The position numbers and the translations under genes were made by a program. 64,000 nucleotides of DNA. It comes from Gemmatimonadales bacterium. GTDB lineage: Bacteria > Gemmatimonadota > Gemmatimonadetes > Gemmatimonadales > GWC2-71-9. Under the pieces are notes generated by a model that searched no databases, was not told where the DNA came from, and was given only the letters and a program-made list of their open reading frames with translations. Location of the stretch: the NCBI GenBank assembly GCA_041615815.1, contig JBFJCP010000002.1, positions 96,001-160,000 on the forward strand, in the 5' to 3' direction. Positions 19,494 to 27,485 of the stretch are shown here, piece after piece; the first letter of the stretch is position 1, and each line of letters begins with the position of its first letter.

Positions 19494-19817
19494 GTGTCTG
19501 CTACTATGACCACCATCGCCGGGAAGGACGTGGAAGTCGATGGGGAGGGCTTTCTCCAACGACCCGAACAATGGGACAAGACCATTGCCGTGGAACTGGC
19601 TAAACAAGTCGGCATCGATACGCTCACCGATCGCCATTGGCAGGTGATCGAGTACATGCGCAGTCAGTACTTGAATACTGGCTCCGCACCAAGCATTCGC
19701 ACTCTGGGGAAGGCGTCCGGCGTGCCCATCAAAGAGCTGTACCAGCTCTTTCCCAAAGGACCCGCTAAGCTGGCCGCGAAACTCGGTGGGATTCCGAAAC
19801 CCCGCGGCTGTATCTAA
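19494..19817 (+). CDS. TusE/DsrC-family sulfur relay protein, single-Cys type (107 aa)
   Basis: DGEGFL, LTDRHW, LYQLFPKGP, C-terminus PKPRGCI. GAGAGGAG RBS before GTG 19494. Confidence 0.9.
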   Translation: MSATMTTIAGKDVEVDGEGFLQRPEQWDKTIAVELAKQVGIDTLTDRHWQVIEYMRSQYLNTGSAPSIRTLGKASGVPIKELYQLFPKGPAKLAAKLGGIPKPRGCI

Positions 19818-19829
19818 GGGGGTGGTATC

Positions 19830-20351
19830 ATGGCTGATACACTGACACGAGAACGCGGGGACGGCCATACCCTCGTCGCGGACGAGAAGCCGAGGATCGA
19901 GAAAGTCTCGATCATCATCTCGCGTGGCTCGTTGGAAGGGATCTATCCCGGCCTCATCATGGCCAATGGTGCTCGCATGGACGGGATCGAGGCCAATGTG
20001 TTTTTCACGTTTTTCGGTATGGATGCGATCCACCAAAAGCGCCACGATCACATCAAGGTCGCAACCGTCGGCAATCCCGGTCTGCATCTGGCCACCTGGT
20101 TGGGTGGATTCCCAGGTATGTCCGCCCTTGTCACCCATCAGATGGCGAAAGCCATGGAGAAGTTGGACATTCCTCCAATCCCCGAGTTCATCGAGATGAT
20201 CGCGGACTCCGGCGCCAAGCTCTACGCCTGCAAAGCATCGGTCGACATGTTCAATCTGACGATGGACGATTTCATCCCACAGGTCGATAGCATCATCACG
20301 GTGGGTGAATTCTACGAGACGGCGGCCGGGGGCCAGATTATCTTTACATGA
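19830..20351 (+). CDS. DsrE/DsrF/DrsH-like (DsrE2-type) sulfur carrier
   Basis: VFFTFFG, one cysteine in LYACKASVDMF, C-terminal QIIFT. Confidence 0.85.
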   Translation: MADTLTRERGDGHTLVADEKPRIEKVSIIISRGSLEGIYPGLIMANGARMDGIEANVFFTFFGMDAIHQKRHDHIKVATVGNPGLHLATWLGGFPGMSALVTHQMAKAMEKLDIPPIPEFIEMIADSGAKLYACKASVDMFNLTMDDFIPQVDSIITVGEFYETAAGGQIIFT

Positions 20352-20430
20352 CGAAGTTCGTTTTTCCGGCAACGGTGGAGGAGCGCTACGGAAGCGAATG
20401 GCGCTCCTTCGTTTTCCATCGAGGTCTGCC

Positions 20431-21357
20431 ATGCGAGAATTGCGAACCGCCGCGCTCTTGGTGCTCGTGGCCGTAGTCATCACCGTCGGCGCGGTGCTCA
20501 TGATGCGCTCCCGTTCAAGAGTCCACGAAACTGCCGGAGCGGGGCAGAGCCTGCTGGTGACGACCGACTGGCTCGCGGCGCGATTGGACGATCCATCGTT
20601 GGTCGTCTTACACGTGGGTCGGGACTCGAGCCGGTATCTCGAAAGCCACGTCCCTGGAGCCCGGTTTCTCCCCATCTCCACCATCGTGGTCGAGCGGGAC
20701 GGCCTGCCGAACGAGATCCCCGACACCGATGACCTGGTGTCAGTCTTCGAAGCCCACGGCGTGGGAGACAACAGCCAGGTCGTGCTCTACGGTGACTATC
20801 GTGGGCTGTGGGCTGCGCGCGTGTTCTTCACGCTCGACTACCTAGGTCTCGGCGACCGAACCGCCCTGCTGGACGGCGGCCTCGAGGTGTGGCGGTCGGA
20901 AGGGCGAGCCGTCTCGCGGGAGCACCCCGCCGCGGTGCGCGCCTCCTTCACCGCTCGGCCGCGGACGGAGTTAGTGGTGGATGCAGCGTGGATAGAGCAA
21001 CGACGCGACCGCTCCACCATCGCGCTCGTCGATGCACGTCCCGAGGAGCAGTATCGGGGAGACGACCCCGGAAGTGGCATCGCGCGCGCCGGACACATTC
21101 CGGGCGCGGTGAGCCTGTTCTGGGAAACCGCGTTGGAGTCCAATGACCGGCCGGTGCTGCGGGATGCCGAAGCCCTCCGGGCCATGTTTCGTGCCCAGGG
21201 CATCGAACCCGGTGACACCGTCGTCACCTATTGCCGGTCCGGGGTACAGGCCAGCCACGCCTATTTTGTGGCCCGTTTGTTGGGTTATCCGCTGAAGCTC
21301 TACGACGGGTCCTTCATTGACTGGAGCAACCACACCACCTACCCCGTGGAACCGTAG
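20431..21357 (+). CDS. Tandem-domain rhodanese sulfurtransferase (SseA-like) with N-terminal signal or anchor
   Basis: LVTTDWL, HVPGA, LDGG...W, VDAR, GHIPGA, active loop YCRSGVQA, YDGSF.DW. Hydrophobic N-terminal helix. Confidence 0.88.
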   Translation: MRELRTAALLVLVAVVITVGAVLMMRSRSRVHETAGAGQSLLVTTDWLAARLDDPSLVVLHVGRDSSRYLESHVPGARFLPISTIVVERDGLPNEIPDTDDLVSVFEAHGVGDNSQVVLYGDYRGLWAARVFFTLDYLGLGDRTALLDGGLEVWRSEGRAVSREHPAAVRASFTARPRTELVVDAAWIEQRRDRSTIALVDARPEEQYRGDDPGSGIARAGHIPGAVSLFWETALESNDRPVLRDAEALRAMFRAQGIEPGDTVVTYCRSGVQASHAYFVARLLGYPLKLYDGSFIDWSNHTTYPVEP

Positions 21358-21497
21358 GCCTCGACTCTCTTGACGGAGAGTGGCGCTACCGAGGCGGGTG
21401 TCGCGGGGGCGCTCGGCGTTCTTTATCTTCCAACGGTGGGACCAGAGGCCAAGATTTCAGCTCATTGCCCGATTCTGTCCTAGGGAGTGGTCCGCAA

Positions 21498-22514
21498 ATG
21501 CTTGGTCGTTTCGGCCGCCGAGCCGCCGCATTCTCGCTCCTCGTCACCGCACCATGGGCGGTGGTCACCGCGCAGGAGTCGGGCCTCACGTTGTCCGGAT
21601 TCGTCGTGGATTCCACGTTTGCGGGGATTCCGTCCGTCATCGTGTACCTCGACAGTTTACCCACGTACACGATGACCGACGGTACCGGGGCGTTTCATAT
21701 CGGCCCGGTCAGTCCCGGCAAACACCGCATCTTTTTCCGTAAGGCCTCGTGGAGTCCCACCACGTACGATTTTTCCGTCCGAGAAACCGCCGGCACGGTC
21801 GATATCGGTCTGATTCTTCTCCGGCCGGGGCCGGCTCCCGAGGCATCGATCACCGGAATTGTGCGCGACGCGACCACCAACGATCCCATCGTGGCGGCGG
21901 AGGTCTTGCTCAATGGCACCGTCATGGTGCAGGCTGATGCGCACGGTCGGTTTCACATCGCGCGACGAACCGTGGCCTGGGGCACCAACTTGCTCACCGT
22001 GCGGCGGATCGGATATGCCGCCGTGACCGACATGCTCTGGGTCGAGGATCCCTCCACGGACTTTGAGCTCAACGTGCGCATGTCAGCGACCGCGATACTC
22101 ATGCCGGAAGTCGTCGTGCTGGGCGATCGCGTGATCTACGAGTTTGGGAAGATGCGAGAGTTCTGGCAGCGTCGTCGACTCGGCGAAGGCCACTTCATCA
22201 CCCGTGAGGAGATCGAGGGACAAACCGCCCTCGACACTTCTGACCTGTTGCGTTCGATTCCGGGCCTGCGGATCGAGCGGTTCGGCCTCCGGACCCGGAT
22301 TCTCAGCGCCCGGCGTGGGGACGTGTGTCAGCTAGGCCTCTTCGTGGATGGCATTCCGCTCGTAGGAGACCTCGACATCGATGCCTACACCAGTCCGGAC
22401 ATGATCGACGGGATCGAGATCTACTCGGGTGCCGCCACGATCCCCGCCCAGTACAATCGCTCGGGTGGGTTCGGATCGAGTTGCGGCGCCATCGTCGTGT
22501 GGACGCGCAACTAG
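21498..22514 (+). CDS. Exported protein: two carboxypeptidase-regulatory-like domains plus TonB-plug-like domain, no beta-barrel
   Basis: Signal peptide, two G.V.D...TD..G.F repeats, FITREEI, DLLRSIPG, IDGIEIY, C-terminal CGAIVVWTRN. Confidence 0.75.
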   Translation: MLGRFGRRAAAFSLLVTAPWAVVTAQESGLTLSGFVVDSTFAGIPSVIVYLDSLPTYTMTDGTGAFHIGPVSPGKHRIFFRKASWSPTTYDFSVRETAGTVDIGLILLRPGPAPEASITGIVRDATTNDPIVAAEVLLNGTVMVQADAHGRFHIARRTVAWGTNLLTVRRIGYAAVTDMLWVEDPSTDFELNVRMSATAILMPEVVVLGDRVIYEFGKMREFWQRRRLGEGHFITREEIEGQTALDTSDLLRSIPGLRIERFGLRTRILSARRGDVCQLGLFVDGIPLVGDLDIDAYTSPDMIDGIEIYSGAATIPAQYNRSGGFGSSCGAIVVWTRN

Positions 22515-22602
22515 CACCACCTCACCCAGCAGTCCCCCCACTTGATGCTGCAGCGTTGAGCGCCCACGTTCCCGAGCCACCCTGGGAGCTCGGAGACAGC
22601 CG

Positions 22603-23574
22603 ATGCCCAAGAAGACCAAGCCCAGCGGCACCAAACGCCCCCCGAAAAAAAAGCGGGCTGCGACCCCCAAATCGAGAGGCATCGCCGGGAACCGCCTCGA
22701 GACGGCGAGACCCCCGGCATCGGTCAAGCGTCTCGTGGATTCCATCGCAACCGATGGTGGAGCCGCGCTTGGCATGTATCGAGATCCCTTAGGGGGTCAT
22801 TGGCAGATCCTCGCCGGACTGCCCATCGATCGTGTGGAGCCCACGCCGTTTCAGCGGGATGTCTCCGAGGCCCACGTGGCCCGCCTGGCGGAGGCCATCG
22901 ATAAACTCGACCGATTCCTCGATCCGCTGATCGCGGTCCGGGTCGACGACGGCATGTACTGGGTTCCCAATGGGGCCCACCGGCTCGCCGCCATGCGACA
23001 GCTCGGTGCCAAATCCATCGTCGCCCTCGTGGTGCCCGAGCCAGAGCTCGCGTACCGAATCCTCGCGCTCAACACCGAGAAGGCACACAATCTCCGAGAG
23101 CGTGCCCTCGAGGTGATTCGCATGGCTCAGGGACTCGTCGAGCTCGATGACCGGCCGGAACGGGACTATGCCACCGAGTTCGAGGAGCCGGCCCTGCTGA
23201 CGCTCGGACTGTGCTATCAAGAACGAGGTCGGTTCGCAGGCAGTACCTATCACTCGGTGATCAAGCGGGTCGAGCGATTCCTTACGCCAAGGCTCTCACA
23301 AACGCTGACCATCCGGCGGGACCGGGCCGCCAAACTCGTCGCGCTCGACGACGCCGTGGCAGCCGCCGTGCAGGGCCTCAAAGCCCGCGGGTTCACCAGC
23401 CCATACCTCAAGGCGTTCGTGGTGGCACGGATCAACCCGCTGCGGTTCAAGCGCGGCGGCAAAGCGGAATTTGACGAGACCGTGGACAAGATGGTGCGTG
23501 CGGCGGAGCGGTTCGATCCCGAAAAAATCCGCGCCGATCAAGTGGCGGGCGCATCGGGCCCTGGGGACGAGTGA
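22603..23574 (+). CDS. ParB/Srx N-terminal domain protein (orphan)
   Basis: PTPFQRD, FLDPLIAVR, NGAHRLAA (GxxR-like motif), LNTEK. Basic N-terminal tail. Confidence 0.8.
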   Translation: MPKKTKPSGTKRPPKKKRAATPKSRGIAGNRLETARPPASVKRLVDSIATDGGAALGMYRDPLGGHWQILAGLPIDRVEPTPFQRDVSEAHVARLAEAIDKLDRFLDPLIAVRVDDGMYWVPNGAHRLAAMRQLGAKSIVALVVPEPELAYRILALNTEKAHNLRERALEVIRMAQGLVELDDRPERDYATEFEEPALLTLGLCYQERGRFAGSTYHSVIKRVERFLTPRLSQTLTIRRDRAAKLVALDDAVAAAVQGLKARGFTSPYLKAFVVARINPLRFKRGGKAEFDETVDKMVRAAERFDPEKIRADQVAGASGPGDE

Positions 23575-23830
23575 GACGCCGGGATACGGCCCCTTATCCC
23601 CTGGGTGCTCCATGGCCGAGAATCCTGGCCCTGCCCCGAATCCGCGGGTGTTTCGAAATCGCGACGCTTTGCCGCCGCGGTGTCGTGGCTCCGCCGCTGG
23701 TAGGTGAGGGGAAGGTGGCGGTGGGCGAACGTGAGATGGGGGGAGTCGCCCTGTAGCGCTCGCGTCACGGACGCGCGCCCGAAATTCTCCTCAGCGCGCT
23801 ACCCGCGTAGACGATTGGGGTGAGATTGCA

Positions 23831-23846
23831 CTGAGCCCGGGCTCAG
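23831..23846. other. Perfect 16-bp palindrome at the stop of a small ORF
   Basis: CTGAGCCCGGGCTCAG is its own reverse complement. Confidence 0.6.
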
Positions 23847-23992
23847 AGTGCTCCCGCCGAACGCCACCGCTCAGGCTTCACCTTGGGGCGTTTGGCCACC
23901 CGTTTGCGTGTTCTGCGCGGGGGCGGGGTCCTCACGAACAAGGTTGCCGTGAGTGCACCGAGCGCGAGGACCGCGAGTCCGAACCAACGCAT
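23843..23992 (-). CDS. Small membrane protein, 49 aa (below the ORF-track cutoff)
   Basis: Translated by hand: MRWFGLAVLALGALTATLFVRTPPPRRTRKRVAKRPKVKPERWRSAGAL. GGAG RBS; alternative in-frame ATG at 24007; sigma-54-like site upstream. Confidence 0.55.
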   Translation of the reverse strand: MRWFGLAVLALGALTATLFVRTPPPRRTRKRVAKRPKVKPERWRSAGAL

Positions 23993-24052
23993 GCCGTTCT
24001 TCTCCATAGGCGAGGGCTCCGGTCATAACGACTCTGACCGACCCTTACCAAC

Positions 24053-24069
24053 GGCACACCGCGTGCCAA
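24053..24069 (-). promoter_or_regulatory. Sigma-54 (-24/-12) promoter candidate
   Basis: Minus strand TTGGCACGCGGTGTGCC: TGGCACG intact, GG-N10-GC spacing. Confidence 0.55.
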
Positions 24070-24200
24070 CGCCGCATGCTGCTCGGATGCCACGCCCGGG
24101 GTCGTTTGAACGACTCGAGGGGAGGGCGAGAGACCACGTTACGCGGGCGTTCCGCTGGATACCCAGGTCCTGCGGTTCCCCATCCAATTGGGCTGGGGTC

Positions 24201-25262
24201 TCAGGCGGCCGCCATATCCACGAACGCCTTGAGCTCTTCTTGTAACGACTGACGTTCCTGCGGGCCAATGAACGCCGCCTCGAAGCCACACCGTGTCAGC
24301 TGTATGACATCGTCCCGCGATAGATCGAGCGCGCCACAGACGCTCAAGAAATTGTCTGTCAGATAGCCACCAAAATACGCAGGATCATCGGAGTTCACGG
24401 TCACGTGCAGCTCGAGATCCATGAGCCGTTTCAGGTTGTGGTCTTCCATCCGCTCAAACACCCGAAGCTTCACATTCGAGAGCGGACAAACGGTCAATGG
24501 AATTCGTTCCGAGCGGAGCCGCTCCACCAAACGCATATCCTCGACGCATCGAACGCCGTGGTCGATTCTTCGGACCTTGAGAAGGTCGATCGCCTGCCAG
24601 ATGTACTCTGGTGGCCCTTCCTCGCCTGCGTGCGCAACCGCCAATAACCCTTCGTCCCTGGCCCGATCGAACACCTCGACGAACTTCTCCGGTGGGTGGC
24701 CACGTTCGGACGAATCGAGCCCGACCGCAACCAACCAATCCTTGTAGGGTAGCGCCTGTTCCAGCGTGTCCATCGCGTCGCCGGCATCGAGATGCCGCAG
24801 GAAACACATGATGAGTCCGGTGGACATCTGCAGTTCTTCGGTTGCATCCATCAGGGCGCGATGAATGCCATTCACCACGGTCTCGAACGTCACCCCCCTG
24901 GCCGTATGAGTCTGCGGATCGAAAAAGACCTCGACGTGGCGGACGTTTTCCCGATGCATGCGTTGGAGATAGGCCCACGTGAGGTCGTAGAAGTCTTGCT
25001 CCAACTGGAGGACGCGCGCCCCCTGGTAGTAAATGTCGAGAAACGACTGGAGGTCGGAGAAACGGTACGCGTCCCGGACCTGGTCCACGGAATCGAACGG
25101 GAGCCGGACACCATTGCGTTCCGCGAGGGTGAACATGAGCTCCGGCTCGAGGGTGCCCTCGACATGGAGATGCAACTCGACCTTGGGGAGGCCTCGAATG
25201 AAATCCTCGAGCGACCCAGGCTTCGCAGGCGCTCGCACTTCAGACCGCCCGTCCGAAGGCAC
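24201..25262 (-). CDS. add: Adenosine/adenine deaminase
   Basis: [44 protein letters not shown]. Confidence 0.9.
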   Translation of the reverse strand: MPSDGRSEVRAPAKPGSLEDFIRGLPKVELHLHVEGTLEPELMFTLAERNGVRLPFDSVDQVRDAYRFSDLQSFLDIYYQGARVLQLEQDFYDLTWAYLQRMHRENVRHVEVFFDPQTHTARGVTFETVVNGIHRALMDATEELQMSTGLIMCFLRHLDAGDAMDTLEQALPYKDWLVAVGLDSSERGHPPEKFVEVFDRARDEGLLAVAHAGEEGPPEYIWQAIDLLKVRRIDHGVRCVEDMRLVERLRSERIPLTVCPLSNVKLRVFERMEDHNLKRLMDLELHVTVNSDDPAYFGGYLTDNFLSVCGALDLSRDDVIQLTRCGFEAAFIGPQERQSLQEELKAFVDMAAA

Positions 25263-25487
25263 CCAGCGGCAAACCGACCCACGTGATTCGTTTCATCGAG
25301 AAGCCCCCAGGGTCCATGCGGGGGGAGACCTAGTGGGTGCAGAGAGGATCCAGCCGAAGGAGAGCGCTGTCAAGTGGCCGGTCCGGGGATCGCGGTCGCC
25401 ACCGCATCAATCCCGGACCTGGCTTTGTGGCACACGGCCGTGACGAGCCCTGGCAGGTCTCAGGGGACTCCACACGAGGAATAGCAC

Positions 25488-25658
25488 ATGCGATCAACCA
25501 TCCGATGCCTGTTCCTGGTCACGGGCCTCGTCACCTCGTTCGCTCCCGCCGGGCAAGCTCAGACCGCCCTGGCCGTGGGTTTCACGTTGACCTCCAGGAA
25601 AACGGACATCCCACCTGCGTTATGGACGCCGCGTGGGGCATCTGTCGTCGAAACGTGA
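25488..25658 (+). CDS. 56-aa ORF with signal peptide; small secreted peptide or truncated gene remnant
   Basis: GAGGA RBS. MRSTIRCLFLVTGLVTSFAPAGQA-QTALAVGFTLTSRKTDIPPALWTPRGASVVET. Confidence 0.35.
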   Translation: MRSTIRCLFLVTGLVTSFAPAGQAQTALAVGFTLTSRKTDIPPALWTPRGASVVET

Positions 25659-25771
25659 CAGCAACCCGTCGAGGTTCCAGAGGTCCTGAAACCGCCAAGG
25701 GGACTTCGTGGTTGTTTTGGGGAAGTGGGTCGTGAATAACGAGTATGAAACTCGTTGGGATTCAGCGGTCC

Positions 25772-26071
25772 TCAGACAACTTCGCCGTTGCCGGACATGC
25801 CGCCCTCGGCCAATAAGGCGCGTCCATGCAGATAGACGCTCCCCAGCTCCGATGCTACATCATCTGCAAAGCCATTGTTTGTCAGAAACCCGAACAGCGA
25901 TTCCTTGCTTAGCAACGCTTGATTCGCGTGACACGTACGCACGAAGTCGTAGAATAGACGCCAGTCGCGGGGGCGCAGTCGAGAAATCCTCGCGCTTGCC
26001 GTGAAGGTCTCGAGCGTTTTCCACGCGGTGGGGGGGAGGTAGTCGAGCACTTCGGTCTCGGCGTATCGCAT
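25772..26071 (-). CDS. Hypothetical protein (99 aa)
   Basis: Helical, protein-like composition with DWRLFYDFV and GF.DD.ASEL..VY..GR.LL. Confidence 0.6.
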   Translation of the reverse strand: MRYAETEVLDYLPPTAWKTLETFTASARISRLRPRDWRLFYDFVRTCHANQALLSKESLFGFLTNNGFADDVASELGSVYLHGRALLAEGGMSGNGEVV

Positions 26072-26309
26072 TGTGCGCTCGCTGGCGTTTCACATCCCGA
26101 TTGTGGAGGGATTCTCAATGCTGCGCGGTGAAACTACGCCGAGTCCGTGGCAGGTTCCGTGAGCTTTGTCACCAGGCAAACATGACGCTAAGTGTGTGCA
26201 AGGACTCGGAAGTTCGCGACAGACGATGGGCGGAATACGCCGCTCAAATTCCGGCGTGCTCGTATGCCTGACCTTGCATTTTCCTTGATTCGTTAGCCCG
26301 AGGTTTGCA

Positions 26310-26774
26310 ATGCCCGCACGGAGCGCCGGACTCCTGATGTACCGACGGACGGATTCCGCGCTGGAGGTATTCCTCGTCCACCCAGGGGGTCCTTTCTGGG
26401 CGCACAAGGACTATGGGGCCTGGACGATCCCCAAAGGCGAGATCGGCCCGCACGAGGATCCGCTCTCGGCGGCGAAACGCGAGTTCCTGGAAGAAACGGG
26501 CGTCGCACCGGAAGGTCCATTCCTCGAGCTGACGCCCATTCGGCAGCGGGGAGGGAAGGTCGTGCAGGCGTGGGCCTTCGAGGGGACCTGCGATCCGGAT
26601 GGCATTACCAGCAACACATTCGAGTTGGAGTGGCCGCCCCGCTCCGGCCGTCGGCGCCAATACCCGGAGATCGACCGTGCCGCCTTTTATTCCGTGAAGC
26701 AAGCGCTTCGCAAAATCAATTCCGCGCAGGCGGCGTTGATCGATGAGCTCGTCAGCAGACTGGCCACCACCTGA
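26310..26774 (+). CDS. NUDIX hydrolase (predicted NTP pyrophosphohydrolase)
   Basis: LVHPGGPFW, Nudix box PKGE....ED..SAAKREFLEETG, EWPPRSG. Confidence 0.9.
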   Translation: MPARSAGLLMYRRTDSALEVFLVHPGGPFWAHKDYGAWTIPKGEIGPHEDPLSAAKREFLEETGVAPEGPFLELTPIRQRGGKVVQAWAFEGTCDPDGITSNTFELEWPPRSGRRRQYPEIDRAAFYSVKQALRKINSAQAALIDELVSRLATT

Positions 26775-26888
26775 CGTCGCACGCGGCACCCTGCGGCGTG
26801 TCGTGCGGCATACCGGTGCCAACGCGATCGTGACGGGTGTCACACTCTTCAAAACACATATTGGAAAGGACTTACGAGCGCACGCCGG

Positions 26889-26903
26889 CGGTATGGTGCT
26901 TGC
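26889..26903 (+). promoter_or_regulatory. Sigma-54 (-24/-12) promoter candidate
   Basis: CGGTATGGTGCTTGC: GG-N10-GC with a perfect TTGC, about 80 bp before ATG 26981. Confidence 0.45.
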
Positions 26904-26980
26904 GTCTGTTGGACTCCGCAAATCACACCATCGCGTCCGGTACCGGCGGCTGTTGGCCGAGAACCCAGGGAGATTGGGTC

Positions 26981-27331
26981 ATGGGGAAGAGTGACAAATA
27001 CAAGACCAAGAAGGAGCTGCTGGCGGAGCTCGAGGAGCTGCGGGAACGCTTCTCGTTATTAGAGGAGCAGTCGACCAACGGAAATAGCGCATCCGCGGCA
27101 CCTCATGAAGTCCGGCCGTCCGCACAGCTCGACCATATATCGTTTGAGGAGGTTTCGCTCACCGAGGTAGCCGACGCTGTGACGATGGCGTTGGAGAACG
27201 TGGTTCCAAAATCGGTCGATATTCGCTTCACGGCCGAAGAGCGGATGGGTTTGGTTTTCCCAGACCGGGATGTGGCCCATCAGGTGATCGTCAACCTCTA
27301 CCTCGCCCGATCGACGGCCTTCCGTCACTAA
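26981..27331 (+). CDS. Hypothetical 116-aa protein resembling a collapsed sensor histidine kinase
   Basis: GGGAG RBS. N-terminal KTKKELLAELEELRER coil; C-terminal VSLTEV...VPKSVDIRF...HQVIVNL. Confidence 0.65.
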   Translation: MGKSDKYKTKKELLAELEELRERFSLLEEQSTNGNSASAAPHEVRPSAQLDHISFEEVSLTEVADAVTMALENVVPKSVDIRFTAEERMGLVFPDRDVAHQVIVNLYLARSTAFRH

Positions 27332-27485
27332 GCGCACCGAACTTCGAGGCTTCACGACGCCCGGCTGAGCGACACCTAGGCCGGGCGTCGTCGCGATATC
27401 TCCCCACCGCGGCTCGCTGACACTCCGATCTTCGCGTACAATTCGCGGATTAGGGCAAGACACACTCGAAGGGGAGGAGCCTCCT

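Noticed and set aside
18182..19657. 491-aa antisense ORF over sqr, and similar long shadow ORFs (19344-20771, 35111-36589, 57927-59168, 42545-43720)
   Set aside because: They lie opposite well-supported genes and have no motifs. Long antisense frames are expected at high GC.
19830..20351. Reading the TusE/DsrE genes as evidence of dissimilatory sulfate reduction or reverse Dsr
   Set aside because: No dsrAB or dsrMKJOP in the window, and the DsrC-like protein lacks the second Cys.
23538..23768. 76-aa minus-strand ORF after the microprotein
   Set aside because: RBS-like GAGGAG is too far from the GTG, the composition is not protein-like, and it overlaps the end of the ParB-like gene.
26072..26309. 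Possible riboswitch or ncRNA in a long divergent spacer
   Set aside because: No recognisable aptamer consensus. An Infernal/Rfam scan would be needed.
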